Shown here: positions 1 to 8,813 of the stretch, in pieces | Numbering within the stretch: the first letter of the stretch is position 1 | Layout: every line of letters starts with the position of its first letter | Virus record (IMG/VR): IMGVR_UViG_3300005805_000005 | Location: 1-40,410 of that record | From: a virus | Taxonomy: Duplodnaviria > Caudoviricetes | Length of the DNA stretch: 40,410 nucleotides | Strand: one strand, 5' to 3' | The notes under the pieces: generated by a model | What the model was told of the DNA's origin: nothing | What the model saw: only the letters and a program-made list of their open reading frames with translations | Database searches by the model: none | Translations under genes and position numbers: made by a program

Positions 1-99
1 GTAAACACGGTGCCAACTCGTGGCGGCTTGCGTCGCAGCGAGTCGGTGAGCCCTGACGATACACGGAACTCCGTGCCGTCTTGCATCCGTGCCACCAGC
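1..99. repeat. Terminal 99-bp direct repeat (left copy), circular assembly overlap
   Basis: 1-99 is identical to 40312-40410; the ligase ORF reads through the join in frame. Confidence 0.95.
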
Positions 100-683
100 G
101 CACCGACAACCAGATGGTTCCGACCAGTACCAGGCTCGTATCCGACGACCGTGGCCTCGGCATCCAGAAACGTCTTCACCTTGAGGAGCGACGCAGACCG
201 CTTGGGCTCGTACGCACTGCCCGGCTCACGCAGCATCACGCCCTCGCCGCCGCCACGCACGATGTCAGACAGCATGGTTGTGAGATCATCACGGCTGCCG
301 CACCGCCGCTGCTCGAGCACAAACGCCGGCCCGGTGCTGCCGGCGAGCGCTTCACGGAGCAGCTGCTGCCGCTCCTCGAATCCGCCGGCCGCCTCTGGGG
401 CGTCGAACACGGCGTAGCGGATCGGCTTCCACGCCGCCCGGTCGATGCGTCGGTATGCACCGCTGACTTGCTGGAACGTGCCACGGCCAGCCCACAACTC
501 GCCGTCCAGGCTCACCCCAACGGGGAGCGATGTCACGAAAGACTCAGGGGCGTTGATCTCGCTGCCAGTGCGAGTCGTGAGCCGGTAGCCGTCCCACACT
601 GCACGAACGCCGTCGAGCTTTTCGCTCATCCACCAGCCGGCCGGATCGCTGCCGGCCCAGTTCTTTGCCAGCATTACCGACAT
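1..683 (-). CDS. lig: ATP-dependent DNA ligase (minimal NTase+OB type), 5' part; continues across the origin to 40245 (249 aa total)
   Basis: Manual translation from ATG 683: MSVMLAKNW..WMSEKLDGVRAVWDG (motif I KxDG), LDGELW (III), YAVFDAP (IIIa), GEGVMLR (IV), LLKVK (V). Absent from the ORF track because it spans the join. Confidence 0.92.
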   Translation of the reverse strand, partial: MSVMLAKNWAGSDPAGWWMSEKLDGVRAVWDGYRLTTRTGSEINAPESFVTSLPVGVSLDGELWAGRGTFQQVSGAYRRIDRAAWKPIRYAVFDAPEAAGGFEERQQLLREALAGSTGPAFVLEQRRCGSRDDLTTMLSDIVRGGGEGVMLREPGSAYEPKRSASLLKVKTFLDAEATVVGYEPGTGRNHLVVGALVARMQDGTEFRVSSGLTDSLRRKPPRVGTVF

Positions 684-1174
684 GCGACAGCCTCCACGTT
701 GAGATCGGCCAGCGTGATCGTCGCCGGCTCGCAGTCCACTGGCGAAATCGTCCAGCAGTACAACCGGCCACTTGGATGCCGCGACGGCGGCAGCACACTC
801 TGGGCAGGCTTGCCGCCGAATCGAATCTCCAGACCGCCGTGCTTTCGCCAGCCGCAGCACGGCAGTGACTCGGCCAGACGGAATAAGCGATGCTCGCCTC
901 GGCCGCTGGTGTACGTCGGCGTGCGAGCGTCGGCCAGGCCCATCTGCTCGAGCAGACGCCGACCGCCAGCGTCGTCGTACTCAATGTCGATCAGTGAGCC
1001 GTGGCCCAGCAGGATGCCGACGTTGTAGCCGCCGCTGATCCATCGGCCGATCACGTCGGCAACCGAAGACGCAAGCGTGTGCCACGCCATGCCGACAGGC
1101 ATCTTGTCACGCTTCGCAACACGAACGCACGCAGCACCGTGGCCAAGCAACGCAAGCATCTCGTCATCAAGCAT
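674..1174 (-). CDS. Stand-alone bifunctional primase-polymerase (Prim-Pol) catalytic domain
   Basis: YNVGILLG..LIDIEYD, TSGRGEHRLF, QSVLPPSRHPSGRLYCW motifs; GGAGG upstream of ATG 1174. Confidence 0.8.
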   Translation of the reverse strand: MLDDEMLALLGHGAACVRVAKRDKMPVGMAWHTLASSVADVIGRWISGGYNVGILLGHGSLIDIEYDDAGGRRLLEQMGLADARTPTYTSGRGEHRLFRLAESLPCCGWRKHGGLEIRFGGKPAQSVLPPSRHPSGRLYCWTISPVDCEPATITLADLNVEAVACR

Positions 1175-1498
1175 GGGGCACCTCCGATGAAGCAAACATA
1201 CGTTGCTCATCGGCTGTTTTTCAATGGGCCGTGACGCGCTTTTTGTGCCTAAAAAACAGGCTCAAAGTCGCCATGACGACAGGCAGCAAAACGTGCGTTT
1301 ACGCTTCGCACAAGAACGCCACGGGTGCCGTTTCCGCTAGCGGCTCCGACACACGCGCATTCGGTATGTCGACGCCAGGATGCACGCCACGCACTAGGGG
1401 GCACCAATTTCGGCCACGCATGCGGTGCGGAACGGCTGGTTTTCCTCAACCGGGGGTCTGGTGATCGCAGGCACCCCGCCAGGGCTCACCAGTTCGCA

Positions 1499-1828
1499 TT
1501 AGACGCCATCCCGGTTTGTCTTGCGTGTGTGGCATCCATGGCACAGGCACTGGCCTGCAGCAACGTCGTAGCGGCTCCTGCCATCCATGCACCTGTCGCT
1601 ACCTTCCATGACAGGGGAGATATGGTCAGCGTGGGCTTGCCCCTTTTGTGAGCAGATCACCCCACAGGACTGACATTGCCAAGCATCACGGGTCAGCACA
1701 GCCTGACGCCAGAGGCGGTGCTGACGTGAGCAATACCCACGGGCTGCCGCGTTTGGACGCCCCGACTCGTCTCGTCGTGGTGCGGTTCTCAGACGCAGCG
1801 GCCTGTGGCTTGGGATGCGTTGAGGCAT
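1499..1828 (-). CDS. HNH endonuclease (HK97 gp74-like, packaging associated)
   Basis: RDAWQCQSC..HADHI..CLCHGCHTRKT; position near the terminase module. Confidence 0.88.
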   Translation of the reverse strand: MPQRIPSHRPLRLRTAPRRDESGRPNAAARGYCSRQHRLWRQAVLTRDAWQCQSCGVICSQKGQAHADHISPVMEGSDRCMDGRSRYDVAAGQCLCHGCHTRKTNRDGV

Positions 1829-2184
1829 TAGCTCTTGAGCGACACGATGCCCGTGGTGCCAGTGCTGTTCGTCGTGCCGCTGACGATCTTCAAATACGAA
1901 ACACCGAACACAGCATCAGGCAGGGCATAGATGCGTCCGTCCGTGCTAGAGGCTGCCAAGGTGATGTCGGCAGCAGACCCGTCTGCGTTATACATGCGGC
2001 GAAATGCACCATCGGCAGCGGTGCTGCCCCACATCTGCAGCGTGCTGCTATTGGTGCTCATCGTGCCCAACGACACGACACCGCCAGCCATGTCGTCGAG
2101 GCGAAGTGTGGTAGCGAGCGTCGTGGTGGAATACAGCGTGACATTGACATCACGCTCGTACCGCTTGATCTTTACATGGCTCAT
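1828..2184 (-). CDS. Hypothetical protein
   Basis: 118-aa ORF, AGGAG RBS, stop overlaps HNH start. Confidence 0.75.
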   Translation of the reverse strand: MSHVKIKRYERDVNVTLYSTTTLATTLRLDDMAGGVVSLGTMSTNSSTLQMWGSTAADGAFRRMYNADGSAADITLAASSTDGRIYALPDAVFGVSYLKIVSGTTNSTGTTGIVSLKS

Positions 2185-2234
2185 GGCCTATCTCCTATGG
2201 CTCGGGGCGTGGCCCGCATCGTGGCCTAGGTGCA

Positions 2235-2265
2235 ATGGTATGGCGAAATGCTTGGCTTCTTGCAG
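2235..2265 (-). promoter_or_regulatory. Putative phage promoter CTGCAAG-N18-TACCAT
   Basis: One of four copies with identical 18-nt spacing, upstream of the 2184 start. Confidence 0.55.
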
Positions 2266-2580
2266 TTAAGGCAACGGCTGGTCGGGCGGAAGCAAGGCCA
2301 GTGCCTCGCTAATAGGTACGATTTCCACGCTCGCCATCATCTCCTGAGTGACATACGAGAACGCCTGCGACAGAATGCCGCCCTCGCCCACCTCGCTAAG
2401 AACGTCGCCGCACATGGCCCAGCGACCGTCAACGAGTTGCCGTCCAACCGGAACGTGACGCGGGTCGCCGTGTTCTTGCTGCACGCCGTACAAAGCGACG
2501 GCGATCTCGTAGGGGTAGACCAGCGCGAGGTCTTTGCAGTCGGCATATTGCACTGGGAGCGTGAGTTCTGCGAGCGTCAT
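2266..2580 (-). CDS. Hypothetical protein
   Basis: 104-aa ORF with ATGA overlap to the upstream gene. Confidence 0.7.
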   Translation of the reverse strand: MTLAELTLPVQYADCKDLALVYPYEIAVALYGVQQEHGDPRHVPVGRQLVDGRWAMCGDVLSEVGEGGILSQAFSYVTQEMMASVEIVPISEALALLPPDQPLP

Positions 2581-3470
2581 ACGCCACTGTTCCGAGAGAG
2601 CGCCGACTGAAATGCAGAAAGCGCTGTGTAATAGGCGGCGACCTGCGTTGAGTCCATGGCCGCACCAATCGAATATGATCCAAGAGTCATGTTCGCGTAA
2701 GTTTGCGCGCCGGTTCCGACTCTGTTCTCGGCAAACACAAACACGTTTCCGGCAACAGAAGACACGCTACGCGATGTTGTGTCGCTTGCCACTGACGTTG
2801 AGTTTAGGTAGGCGTTTGCGGACGATGCCGAAGACCGAGAGACTAGCATCAACTGACTGCCCGCAAGTGAATGCGCGTTGTTGCTGACCGCATCACCAGA
2901 CCCATGGCCCGCGACAAATCCTGTGCCGCCATATGACGCAATGTTTCGTCGCGTGTCGATGTAGTAGTATTGCGATGTCGGCGATGTAGACAGCACGCCG
3001 ATCATGCGGTACGGGGATGCCAGATCGGATGAGTATGTCGCGTGGCGAGCGAACACCGAGAGGTGCCCAAAGCCGCTTGCATTGACGGTGGCCTGTTGCA
3101 ATCCGGTATCCAAGTATTTGCTGGAACCGTTGCCCTTCAGCCCACCGCTCGCCCCCGTCTCGTTGTAGTCGCCACTGACAAACGGCCCGACGTTAGTGTC
3201 GGTGGTGTTGCCGTACTGCGTGCCCGACAGCGACGGCCCGCGATACAGCGGGACGAGGCAGGCGTTGAGGCCGGTGCCGCAGAAGAGGTTCAGCCGGTAG
3301 AACCGATCCCTGATGCCGGCCGAGGAGATAGCCGCACAGAACTTCGACACGGCCGAGAGGGTCGTTCCGCTCACGCTGCCGCCGTTTGACACAACCCGAG
3401 CCGCCCATGCCGCCGCTTCTGGGTGCGTCGTCTGCCTTGGCCGCAGTAACCGCGGGCTCATCGGACTCAT
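2577..3470 (-). CDS. Putative beta-rich (ConA/LamG-like) virion or receptor-binding protein
   Basis: Ser/Gly/Thr-rich beta-strand pattern (GLKGNGSSKYLDTG, YSIGAAM..YYTAL); fold is inferred. Confidence 0.5.
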   Translation of the reverse strand: MSPMSPRLLRPRQTTHPEAAAWAARVVSNGGSVSGTTLSAVSKFCAAISSAGIRDRFYRLNLFCGTGLNACLVPLYRGPSLSGTQYGNTTDTNVGPFVSGDYNETGASGGLKGNGSSKYLDTGLQQATVNASGFGHLSVFARHATYSSDLASPYRMIGVLSTSPTSQYYYIDTRRNIASYGGTGFVAGHGSGDAVSNNAHSLAGSQLMLVSRSSASSANAYLNSTSVASDTTSRSVSSVAGNVFVFAENRVGTGAQTYANMTLGSYSIGAAMDSTQVAAYYTALSAFQSALSRNSGV

Positions 3471-3676
3471 CGAGTCACCTCGCAGCGTCCTGTTTCGCAC
3501 TTCGCTTGCACCGCTTCCACGCTCGCCACGCCATCACGAACAGCAGCCTGATCCACCACGGCTGCCCGTGCAGCACTAACCGCAGCGGCTGCTCGAGCGG
3601 GTTCTGTGGCAAGGTGGTGCGGGTCAGCAGAAAGCCACACCAGAAATGAAATTACCAGATGCCAAAGCCACATCAT
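3467..3676 (-). CDS. Small membrane/secreted protein
   Basis: MMWLWHLVISFLVWLSA hydrophobic N-terminus; overlapping start/stop on both sides. Confidence 0.6.
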   Translation of the reverse strand: MMWLWHLVISFLVWLSADPHHLATEPARAAAAVSAARAAVVDQAAVRDGVASVEAVQAKCETGRCEVTR

Positions 3677-3924
3677 GGCTTCACCTCGTTGAGCTTCCGC
3701 CACACGTACATGACCAGCAGGGCACCAGCGACTGAGAACACGAAGCCAGCCGGCCGATACGCCGATCCGGTGATGATGGACCCGACAAGCCCGCCAGCAA
3801 TCGACCCGGCCACGCCGATGCCGATGGTCTGCAGTCGGTTGGCAGATGCGGCCTCTGGCCAAAGCCACTCCGCGATGCTGCCGGCGATGTATCCAAACAC
3901 GACCCAAACAACGAGAGAAATCAT
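3673..3924 (-). CDS. GlsB/YeaQ/YmgE (transglycosylase-associated) family membrane protein; holin candidate
   Basis: Three TM segments, WVVFGYIAGSIA..TIGIGVAGSIAGG..SVAGALLV pattern. Confidence 0.75.
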   Translation of the reverse strand: MISLVVWVVFGYIAGSIAEWLWPEAASANRLQTIGIGVAGSIAGGLVGSIITGSAYRPAGFVFSVAGALLVMYVWRKLNEVKP

Positions 3925-4175
3925 CACCAGCCCTCCGCGTGACAGATCATTGAATCCTCGCCGTGGTGTGCGGCGTACGTGTGATGCACTGGCGTCGGTT
4001 CTGCAAACACAGCGACCCACAGCCCGAGCTTGGCGATCTTGGCGAGGAATCGAGCGACGGGCCGATCCTTGTGTGGCTGAAAAGGATTCACTGGGTTAAA
4101 TCCCGGCACCGATGCAACGAGGTAGCCGACGACAAGACAGGCAAGGCACGACAAGACAAGAGTGGAGCGGTTCAT
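3924..4175 (-). CDS. Small membrane protein
   Basis: N-terminal hydrophobic helix; coupled to neighbours. Confidence 0.6.
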   Translation of the reverse strand: MNRSTLVLSCLACLVVGYLVASVPGFNPVNPFQPHKDRPVARFLAKIAKLGLWVAVFAEPTPVHHTYAAHHGEDSMICHAEGW

Positions 4176-4176
4176 G

Positions 4177-5337
4177 TCAGAAAGCCAGGGCGTGGTTGAC
4201 CGAGGCCGTCGTCGTGACGGTCTTCGGCGCAGGGGTCGGGTGCATCCATTCGATGTGGTTCAAGTCGCGGTATTTGAAACCATTGACGCTGCCGATCACG
4301 AAGGAGTCGCCTTGCGCCAAAATGGCCTCGGCGTCCTTTCGCGTGATCCAAAACGAACCATCCGGTTGATCGGCCGGGTGCTTGCCGCCCTGGACGTAGT
4401 TGCCCCACGAGTTCATCACCAGCACGCCGTCGCGTGGGTTTCTCATGGGCGGCTCGCCGTTCTTGCCTGAGTTCTTGGCGTACTTGACCGCCACGATGCA
4501 CATGCAATGGTTCCAAGTGCTGGCACGGCTGCAGAAACCGTCCGCGTCTCGAGCACCCGAGGCGAAGCCGATGTTGGAGCAGATAGGCACGCACATACCT
4601 GACTCCAGTGCTGCCGTCAGGCTGGCCCAGTCTTCGCAGAGTGCGACAGCCTTTGCTGTGTGCTCGTTGGCCTTGGCGGCCAACTCCTTGGGCACGCCGT
4701 ACGCTCCCCACTTCTCCGAGAGCGGGATTGAGTAGTTGGTCAGGTCAATGTCGCCGTATTTGTCTCGGTAGAGAATCCCGCCGATGCTCTTGTCCTTGCA
4801 CCGGCCCGACACCCAGCGTGCAGCTGCACCGCCGTAGCTGCCGTCGCTCCACCCGGCAAACGTGACTGGCGGCAGTCGAGCCGCCGTCCTGCTGCCGCCA
4901 TAGATCGGTTCGGTCGCCACGACTCGCGGGAGTTCGGCAAGATTGCCGGCGACGTGATCCACGCACTGGCCGATGTACGAGCCCATCGCCCATCCGAACG
5001 AGACACACGATCCATGTTGGCCTTGGTTCCAAGGCGCGAACGCCGTGCCGTACTTTTGCCGGTGGCATCGGTCGGCAAATCGGTACAGATAAGAATCGAC
5101 GCCCTTGGCGCCGGCGATGACCTCAGCGCCGGCCTGGGCAAATTTCGGTTGATCTAACTCCGACAGAAACTTGCGGACGCCTTCCGGGTTAGCCACGTAG
5201 CCGTAGTTGCCCTCGAGCCGGTCAGCGATGCGCCCGACGTACCGCGAGACAACGGAGCCAAGCACGGCCGCAAACACGACGAACGCAATCGCAGAGAATG
5301 TCCACTGCGATGGGTGCTCAGGGTCACTTCGCCGCAT
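4177..5337 (-). CDS. Papain-like (C1 family) cysteine peptidase with N-terminal TM anchor
   Basis: NQGQHGSCVSFG (Gln/Cys), WNHCMCIVAV (His), VMNSWG (Asn), GSFWI; TM at FSAIAFVVFAAVLGSVV. Confidence 0.85.
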   Translation of the reverse strand: MRRSDPEHPSQWTFSAIAFVVFAAVLGSVVSRYVGRIADRLEGNYGYVANPEGVRKFLSELDQPKFAQAGAEVIAGAKGVDSYLYRFADRCHRQKYGTAFAPWNQGQHGSCVSFGWAMGSYIGQCVDHVAGNLAELPRVVATEPIYGGSRTAARLPPVTFAGWSDGSYGGAAARWVSGRCKDKSIGGILYRDKYGDIDLTNYSIPLSEKWGAYGVPKELAAKANEHTAKAVALCEDWASLTAALESGMCVPICSNIGFASGARDADGFCSRASTWNHCMCIVAVKYAKNSGKNGEPPMRNPRDGVLVMNSWGNYVQGGKHPADQPDGSFWITRKDAEAILAQGDSFVIGSVNGFKYRDLNHIEWMHPTPAPKTVTTTASVNHALAF

Positions 5338-5869
5338 CGGTTGCCGCCCTCCCGATGTCGCGGTAGGCCGCGACCCAAGCAGCACGCACTTCAGGCGTCA
5401 GCGGCCCTCCGTCCGCTCCGACTTTTTCGTCGAGGTATCTGGCGATGGCATCTCTGGCTTTCGGCTGCCGGTCGCCGATGGAAACGCCACGGCAGCGCAG
5501 AATCCGAGCCGCCTTTCGAAGTTCGTCAACTGAGACACCCGTCGCCAAATAAGGCGTCGGCTGGCTGCCGTCAAACTCAATCTCGTCGGCGAGCTCATGA
5601 CAGAGTGCTCCGATCAGGGCGGCATCGTCACTGGCAGTCGGGGAGACGAACAAGCCACGCAGCACGAGCGGCCCAGCGTCCGGCTCTGGCGTCGGCTGCT
5701 CGTCAGCAGTTGGCCACCACATCACGGCCAGCGCCACAAGCAGCAAGGCCACGGCAAGCAACTTCTGCGGCTCTAACTTCCTCACCCAGTCCATAGCGGG
5801 GCGAAGTTTCTTGACATCGACGCCGTAGAAAAGCGCGAATGCAGCGGCCACAAGCGCAAGCGAAATCAT
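5324..5869 (-). CDS. Membrane-anchored hypothetical protein
   Basis: Two hydrophobic segments then PTPEP linker; AGGAG RBS. Confidence 0.7.
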   Translation of the reverse strand: MISLALVAAAFALFYGVDVKKLRPAMDWVRKLEPQKLLAVALLLVALAVMWWPTADEQPTPEPDAGPLVLRGLFVSPTASDDAALIGALCHELADEIEFDGSQPTPYLATGVSVDELRKAARILRCRGVSIGDRQPKARDAIARYLDEKVGADGGPLTPEVRAAWVAAYRDIGRAATDAAK

Positions 5870-5878
5870 GCGAGTCTC

Positions 5879-6151
5879 CTAGTCCGTATTTGATTCTGCC
5901 GAATCTTCCCCGTCTCCTTGCAGCGGCGGCGTCACGTTGACGATTTCGTTGAGCCAATCCCATCCTGCCCTGTAGCAGTCCATCGCCTCTTCGTGGGCGT
6001 CTCGGCGATCCAGGCGAAAAGGCTGCTTGAAAACCTCCTCATCAAGAACCTTGCCGTTGCCATCAGTGACGTAGGTGTAGACGTACTGCTGGCCGTACTC
6101 GACGACGATGCGACGCAGCACGTCCTCCTTACCTCTTGGGGCCAGGCTCAT
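5879..6151 (-). CDS. Hypothetical protein
   Basis: ORF with ATGA coupling to the upstream gene. Confidence 0.65.
   Translation of the reverse strand: MSLAPRGKEDVLRRIVVEYGQQYVYTYVTDGNGKVLDEEVFKQPFRLDRRDAHEEAMDCYRAGWDWLNEIVNVTPPLQGDGEDSAESNTD
5893..5923 (-). promoter_or_regulatory. Putative phage promoter CTGCAAG-N18-CAGAAT
   Basis: Motif copy upstream of the 5869 start. Confidence 0.55.
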
Positions 6152-6522
6152 GGGGTGGCTTCCCAGGGTTCGCAATCGTCTCCGTACTCGACGTGCTCGC
6201 GAGCCTCGCCCTCGAGCGGTATCCGCATCAGCGATACGTGCGACGTTTTTGTGACGCGGCGATCCTCGCGGACTTCATCGGTCCACGTCGACTGGATGCG
6301 AAGGCACGCCTGCTGGATCTCGGTGGTTGTCGGGTCACGCTGGCGGGCCGGCTTCTGACGCAGGCTGCGGTCGTGTCTCGGCGGGAGCCCCCAGACGTGC
6401 TTGAGCCGGATGACCTGGTCGCGGGTAATAGTCCACCGCTCGCACAGTAGCCGCATGGGCATGTGCGTCAGCCAATCTGCTCGGAACGCCGTCAGGCTGA
6501 TGGTTGCGGTCTGACCTCGCAC
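6148..6522 (-). CDS. Hypothetical protein, possible HTH (GcrA-like N-terminus)
   Basis: PMRLLCERWTITRDQVIRLKHVWGLPPR resembles the HTH-LPxR pattern of 12617-13003; start uncertain. Confidence 0.5.
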   Translation of the reverse strand: MRGQTATISLTAFRADWLTHMPMRLLCERWTITRDQVIRLKHVWGLPPRHDRSLRQKPARQRDPTTTEIQQACLRIQSTWTDEVREDRRVTKTSHVSLMRIPLEGEAREHVEYGDDCEPWEATP

Positions 6523-7382
6523 GGCTCCGGCATCCAAGACATGAGCATTCGTTGGGACGGGTTCAAGTACAGATGCTGCCCGGTCGCTTCGGCGATGCTC
6601 TGGTGAAACGAAACATGCTCGCAGTCTGCGGTGCCGTCGTACGTTCCTTGCAGGTAGGCGTCGGTGCGGTAGATCGCCATTCCACCGAAAGCACTCGACA
6701 CGAGCACTGGCGGCGAGCCGACAGGCGGCAGCCACGAGAAGCCGAAGCCTCCGTAGCCGTTTTGGTAGGTGTCGTAATAGCAGCGATGCTGGCCGAGGCC
6801 ACGCAACGCCCACAGGTCGTAGTGCACCCAGACAGGGCCGTTGCCAAAGTCGTATTGAAACAGCGACACGCTCGACATGCCGTATGCACCAGGCATCTCG
6901 ACGAGCCACCCGATGCCACTGAGCACTCCCCTTTCGTTCCAGCCGCCCCAGGCGTCGAAGTCAACGACTACCACGTAGTCGGAATCTGCCGCGCACGCCC
7001 GCACCCATCGCTGGCATGCGTCGCGGTACTCGGCAAGGGCCACGGTGCGGCGGCCGGCAAACTCTGCGCCGTACTGTTCTCGCCCCAGCAGCTGGTAGTG
7101 GAACGTCGCCTCTTTGTGCTCGCGAGCAAACGCAGCAAGAACCTCAAGCGTCTCGTCCTCGCAGTCGTTGCTCTCGATGTGCAGCTGCCAGCCCTTGCAT
7201 CGACGCCCAAGGCTTTCGGCCAGGCCGAGGTTTTGTGCCAGCCTTGCGGCACAGTTTCGCGCCAGCCCAACGACGGCAATCGTGCTGTTCCGTAGCCGTT
7301 CGGCACCCTCGGCGACACGCTCCTGGTATGGCAGCAGGAATGGCTCATTTGGAAACCAGAGCTTTGCCGGCATGTCAGGCAT
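6492..7382 (-). CDS. GT-A fold glycosyltransferase (CAP59-like)
   Basis: IAVVGLARNC, YVVVVDFD (DxD), SAFGGMAIY, DCEHVSFH. Confidence 0.75.
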   Translation of the reverse strand: MPDMPAKLWFPNEPFLLPYQERVAEGAERLRNSTIAVVGLARNCAARLAQNLGLAESLGRRCKGWQLHIESNDCEDETLEVLAAFAREHKEATFHYQLLGREQYGAEFAGRRTVALAEYRDACQRWVRACAADSDYVVVVDFDAWGGWNERGVLSGIGWLVEMPGAYGMSSVSLFQYDFGNGPVWVHYDLWALRGLGQHRCYYDTYQNGYGGFGFSWLPPVGSPPVLVSSAFGGMAIYRTDAYLQGTYDGTADCEHVSFHQSIAEATGQHLYLNPSQRMLMSWMPEPCEVRPQPSA

Positions 7383-8142
7383 ACGGCACCTGCCTCCTGA
7401 CGCACATGGCGCGACGTACTTCTTTCGGCAGGTCTGTGGCGTTCACCCACTCGCGGCACCGCCGATAGAAATGGTCGCGGCTCTCGCCCTCGCGACCGAT
7501 GGCTCCGTACCCGGCCGGATCTTGCGTAAAAACCGCGCCGAACTGCGGCACGTACGTGCACCCGTGCATGGCGGCTACAGCGGCATAGCCGATGGCGTCG
7601 CTCCACGGACCCATGCACCAGAACTCACGATCTGCGAGCCAGAGCAGATGCTCACGGCGAATGCCGGCACCGATGCCCGTCTCGCTTGGCCACTGCCAGT
7701 GCACAATGCGGTCGCAGGTTGCCGCCGGATCAAGCGTGGTGGTCTCGGTGTACCCACTGATGACACCATGCGTGACGCGATTGGACGTGTCGCAAACGTA
7801 GTAGTCCGTGAACACCACCGCAGCGTCTGAATGAGCTTGAATGTGCTCTAGACACCCATGAATGAGAGCGTCGTCTGCACCCATGCACACGACGTGCGTG
7901 CCAACCAAAGACGGGTAGACCGCAGCTGACGCTTCCTGCCAATCGTCACTTTTCTCGTCGTGCCGGACGTAACGCACGCATGAGTAGTGCTGCTGAACTT
8001 GCTGCACAACGGAAGGCGTGTCATCCGTGCTGGCGTCGTCAATCACGACCACCTCGGCCGGTCCTTGTGCCGCCGCCGACGCAATTGCTCGAGCAAGCGT
8101 GCCTGCTCTGTTCCACGTCGGGATGACCACGGACACGCTCAC
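7375..8142 (-). CDS. Glycosyltransferase family 2
   Basis: VSVVIPTWNR..AIASAAAQ..VVIDDASTD..GADD. Confidence 0.9.
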   Translation of the reverse strand: MSVSVVIPTWNRAGTLARAIASAAAQGPAEVVVIDDASTDDTPSVVQQVQQHYSCVRYVRHDEKSDDWQEASAAVYPSLVGTHVVCMGADDALIHGCLEHIQAHSDAAVVFTDYYVCDTSNRVTHGVISGYTETTTLDPAATCDRIVHWQWPSETGIGAGIRREHLLWLADREFWCMGPWSDAIGYAAVAAMHGCTYVPQFGAVFTQDPAGYGAIGREGESRDHFYRRCREWVNATDLPKEVRRAMCVRRQVPYA

Positions 8143-8813
8143 AGCTTCGCTCCAGTGCAGATCGCGAGCCGATAGTGAGCCATAGGGCCAAACCCGGTAT
8201 GAAGCGTCTCGTCGTTCATGCCGAACAGGTACACGTTTCTCCAGTAGTGGGAGAGCGTGTCGCGCAGCCCCTGCTCGGTCTTGCAGTTGATGTGCCCGGC
8301 TCGGCTCACGGCCGATGCGTACGGCTGCGACTCAAGAGACGGGCAGCCGAAGATCACCGTGCCGTGGACGCCGACACTCAGCGCCATGTTGCCCAGAAAG
8401 AAGCCTTCGCGATCTGCCGGCACATGCTCCAGCACGTCGAGAGCGAAGGCGGCGTCAAACTCCTGCAGCAAGCGGTCTGGCGGAAAAGTCGGTCTAGCCG
8501 TCATGTCGTGCTTGCGTACTACGACGTTCTCCAGCTGCCGGCTTTTGGCGTAGCTCACGAATCGCTCGTCAAAATCCACGCAGACAAGCGTGTCCACACC
8601 ACGGGCCACGACGGCCGATGCCCAAGCGTCGCCGCAGCCCACCTCGAGCACACGCTTGCAGCCGGCCAGCATCTTGGCCACAAACTTGTAGCGGGCCAGA
8701 GTGAATCCAAGTCGCTTCGGGTCCGTTCGCCATGTGTAGTTAGCCATGATGCCAAGCTCGGCGAGCCCGCCAGAGGCTAGGTCGTGGAGCGGCTGGTACT
8801 GCGTCTCGCTCAT
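8139..8813 (-). CDS. Class I SAM-dependent methyltransferase (small molecule/glycan type)
   Basis: ARYKFV..VLEVGCGDAW, CVDFD, FDAAFALDVLEHV. Confidence 0.88.
   Translation of the reverse strand: MSETQYQPLHDLASGGLAELGIMANYTWRTDPKRLGFTLARYKFVAKMLAGCKRVLEVGCGDAWASAVVARGVDTLVCVDFDERFVSYAKSRQLENVVVRKHDMTARPTFPPDRLLQEFDAAFALDVLEHVPADREGFFLGNMALSVGVHGTVIFGCPSLESQPYASAVSRAGHINCKTEQGLRDTLSHYWRNVYLFGMNDETLHTGFGPMAHYRLAICTGAKL

Noticed and set aside
10-1028. Plus-strand ORFs 10-417 and 81-1028
   Set aside because: Antisense shadows of the ligase and Prim-Pol genes with no motifs
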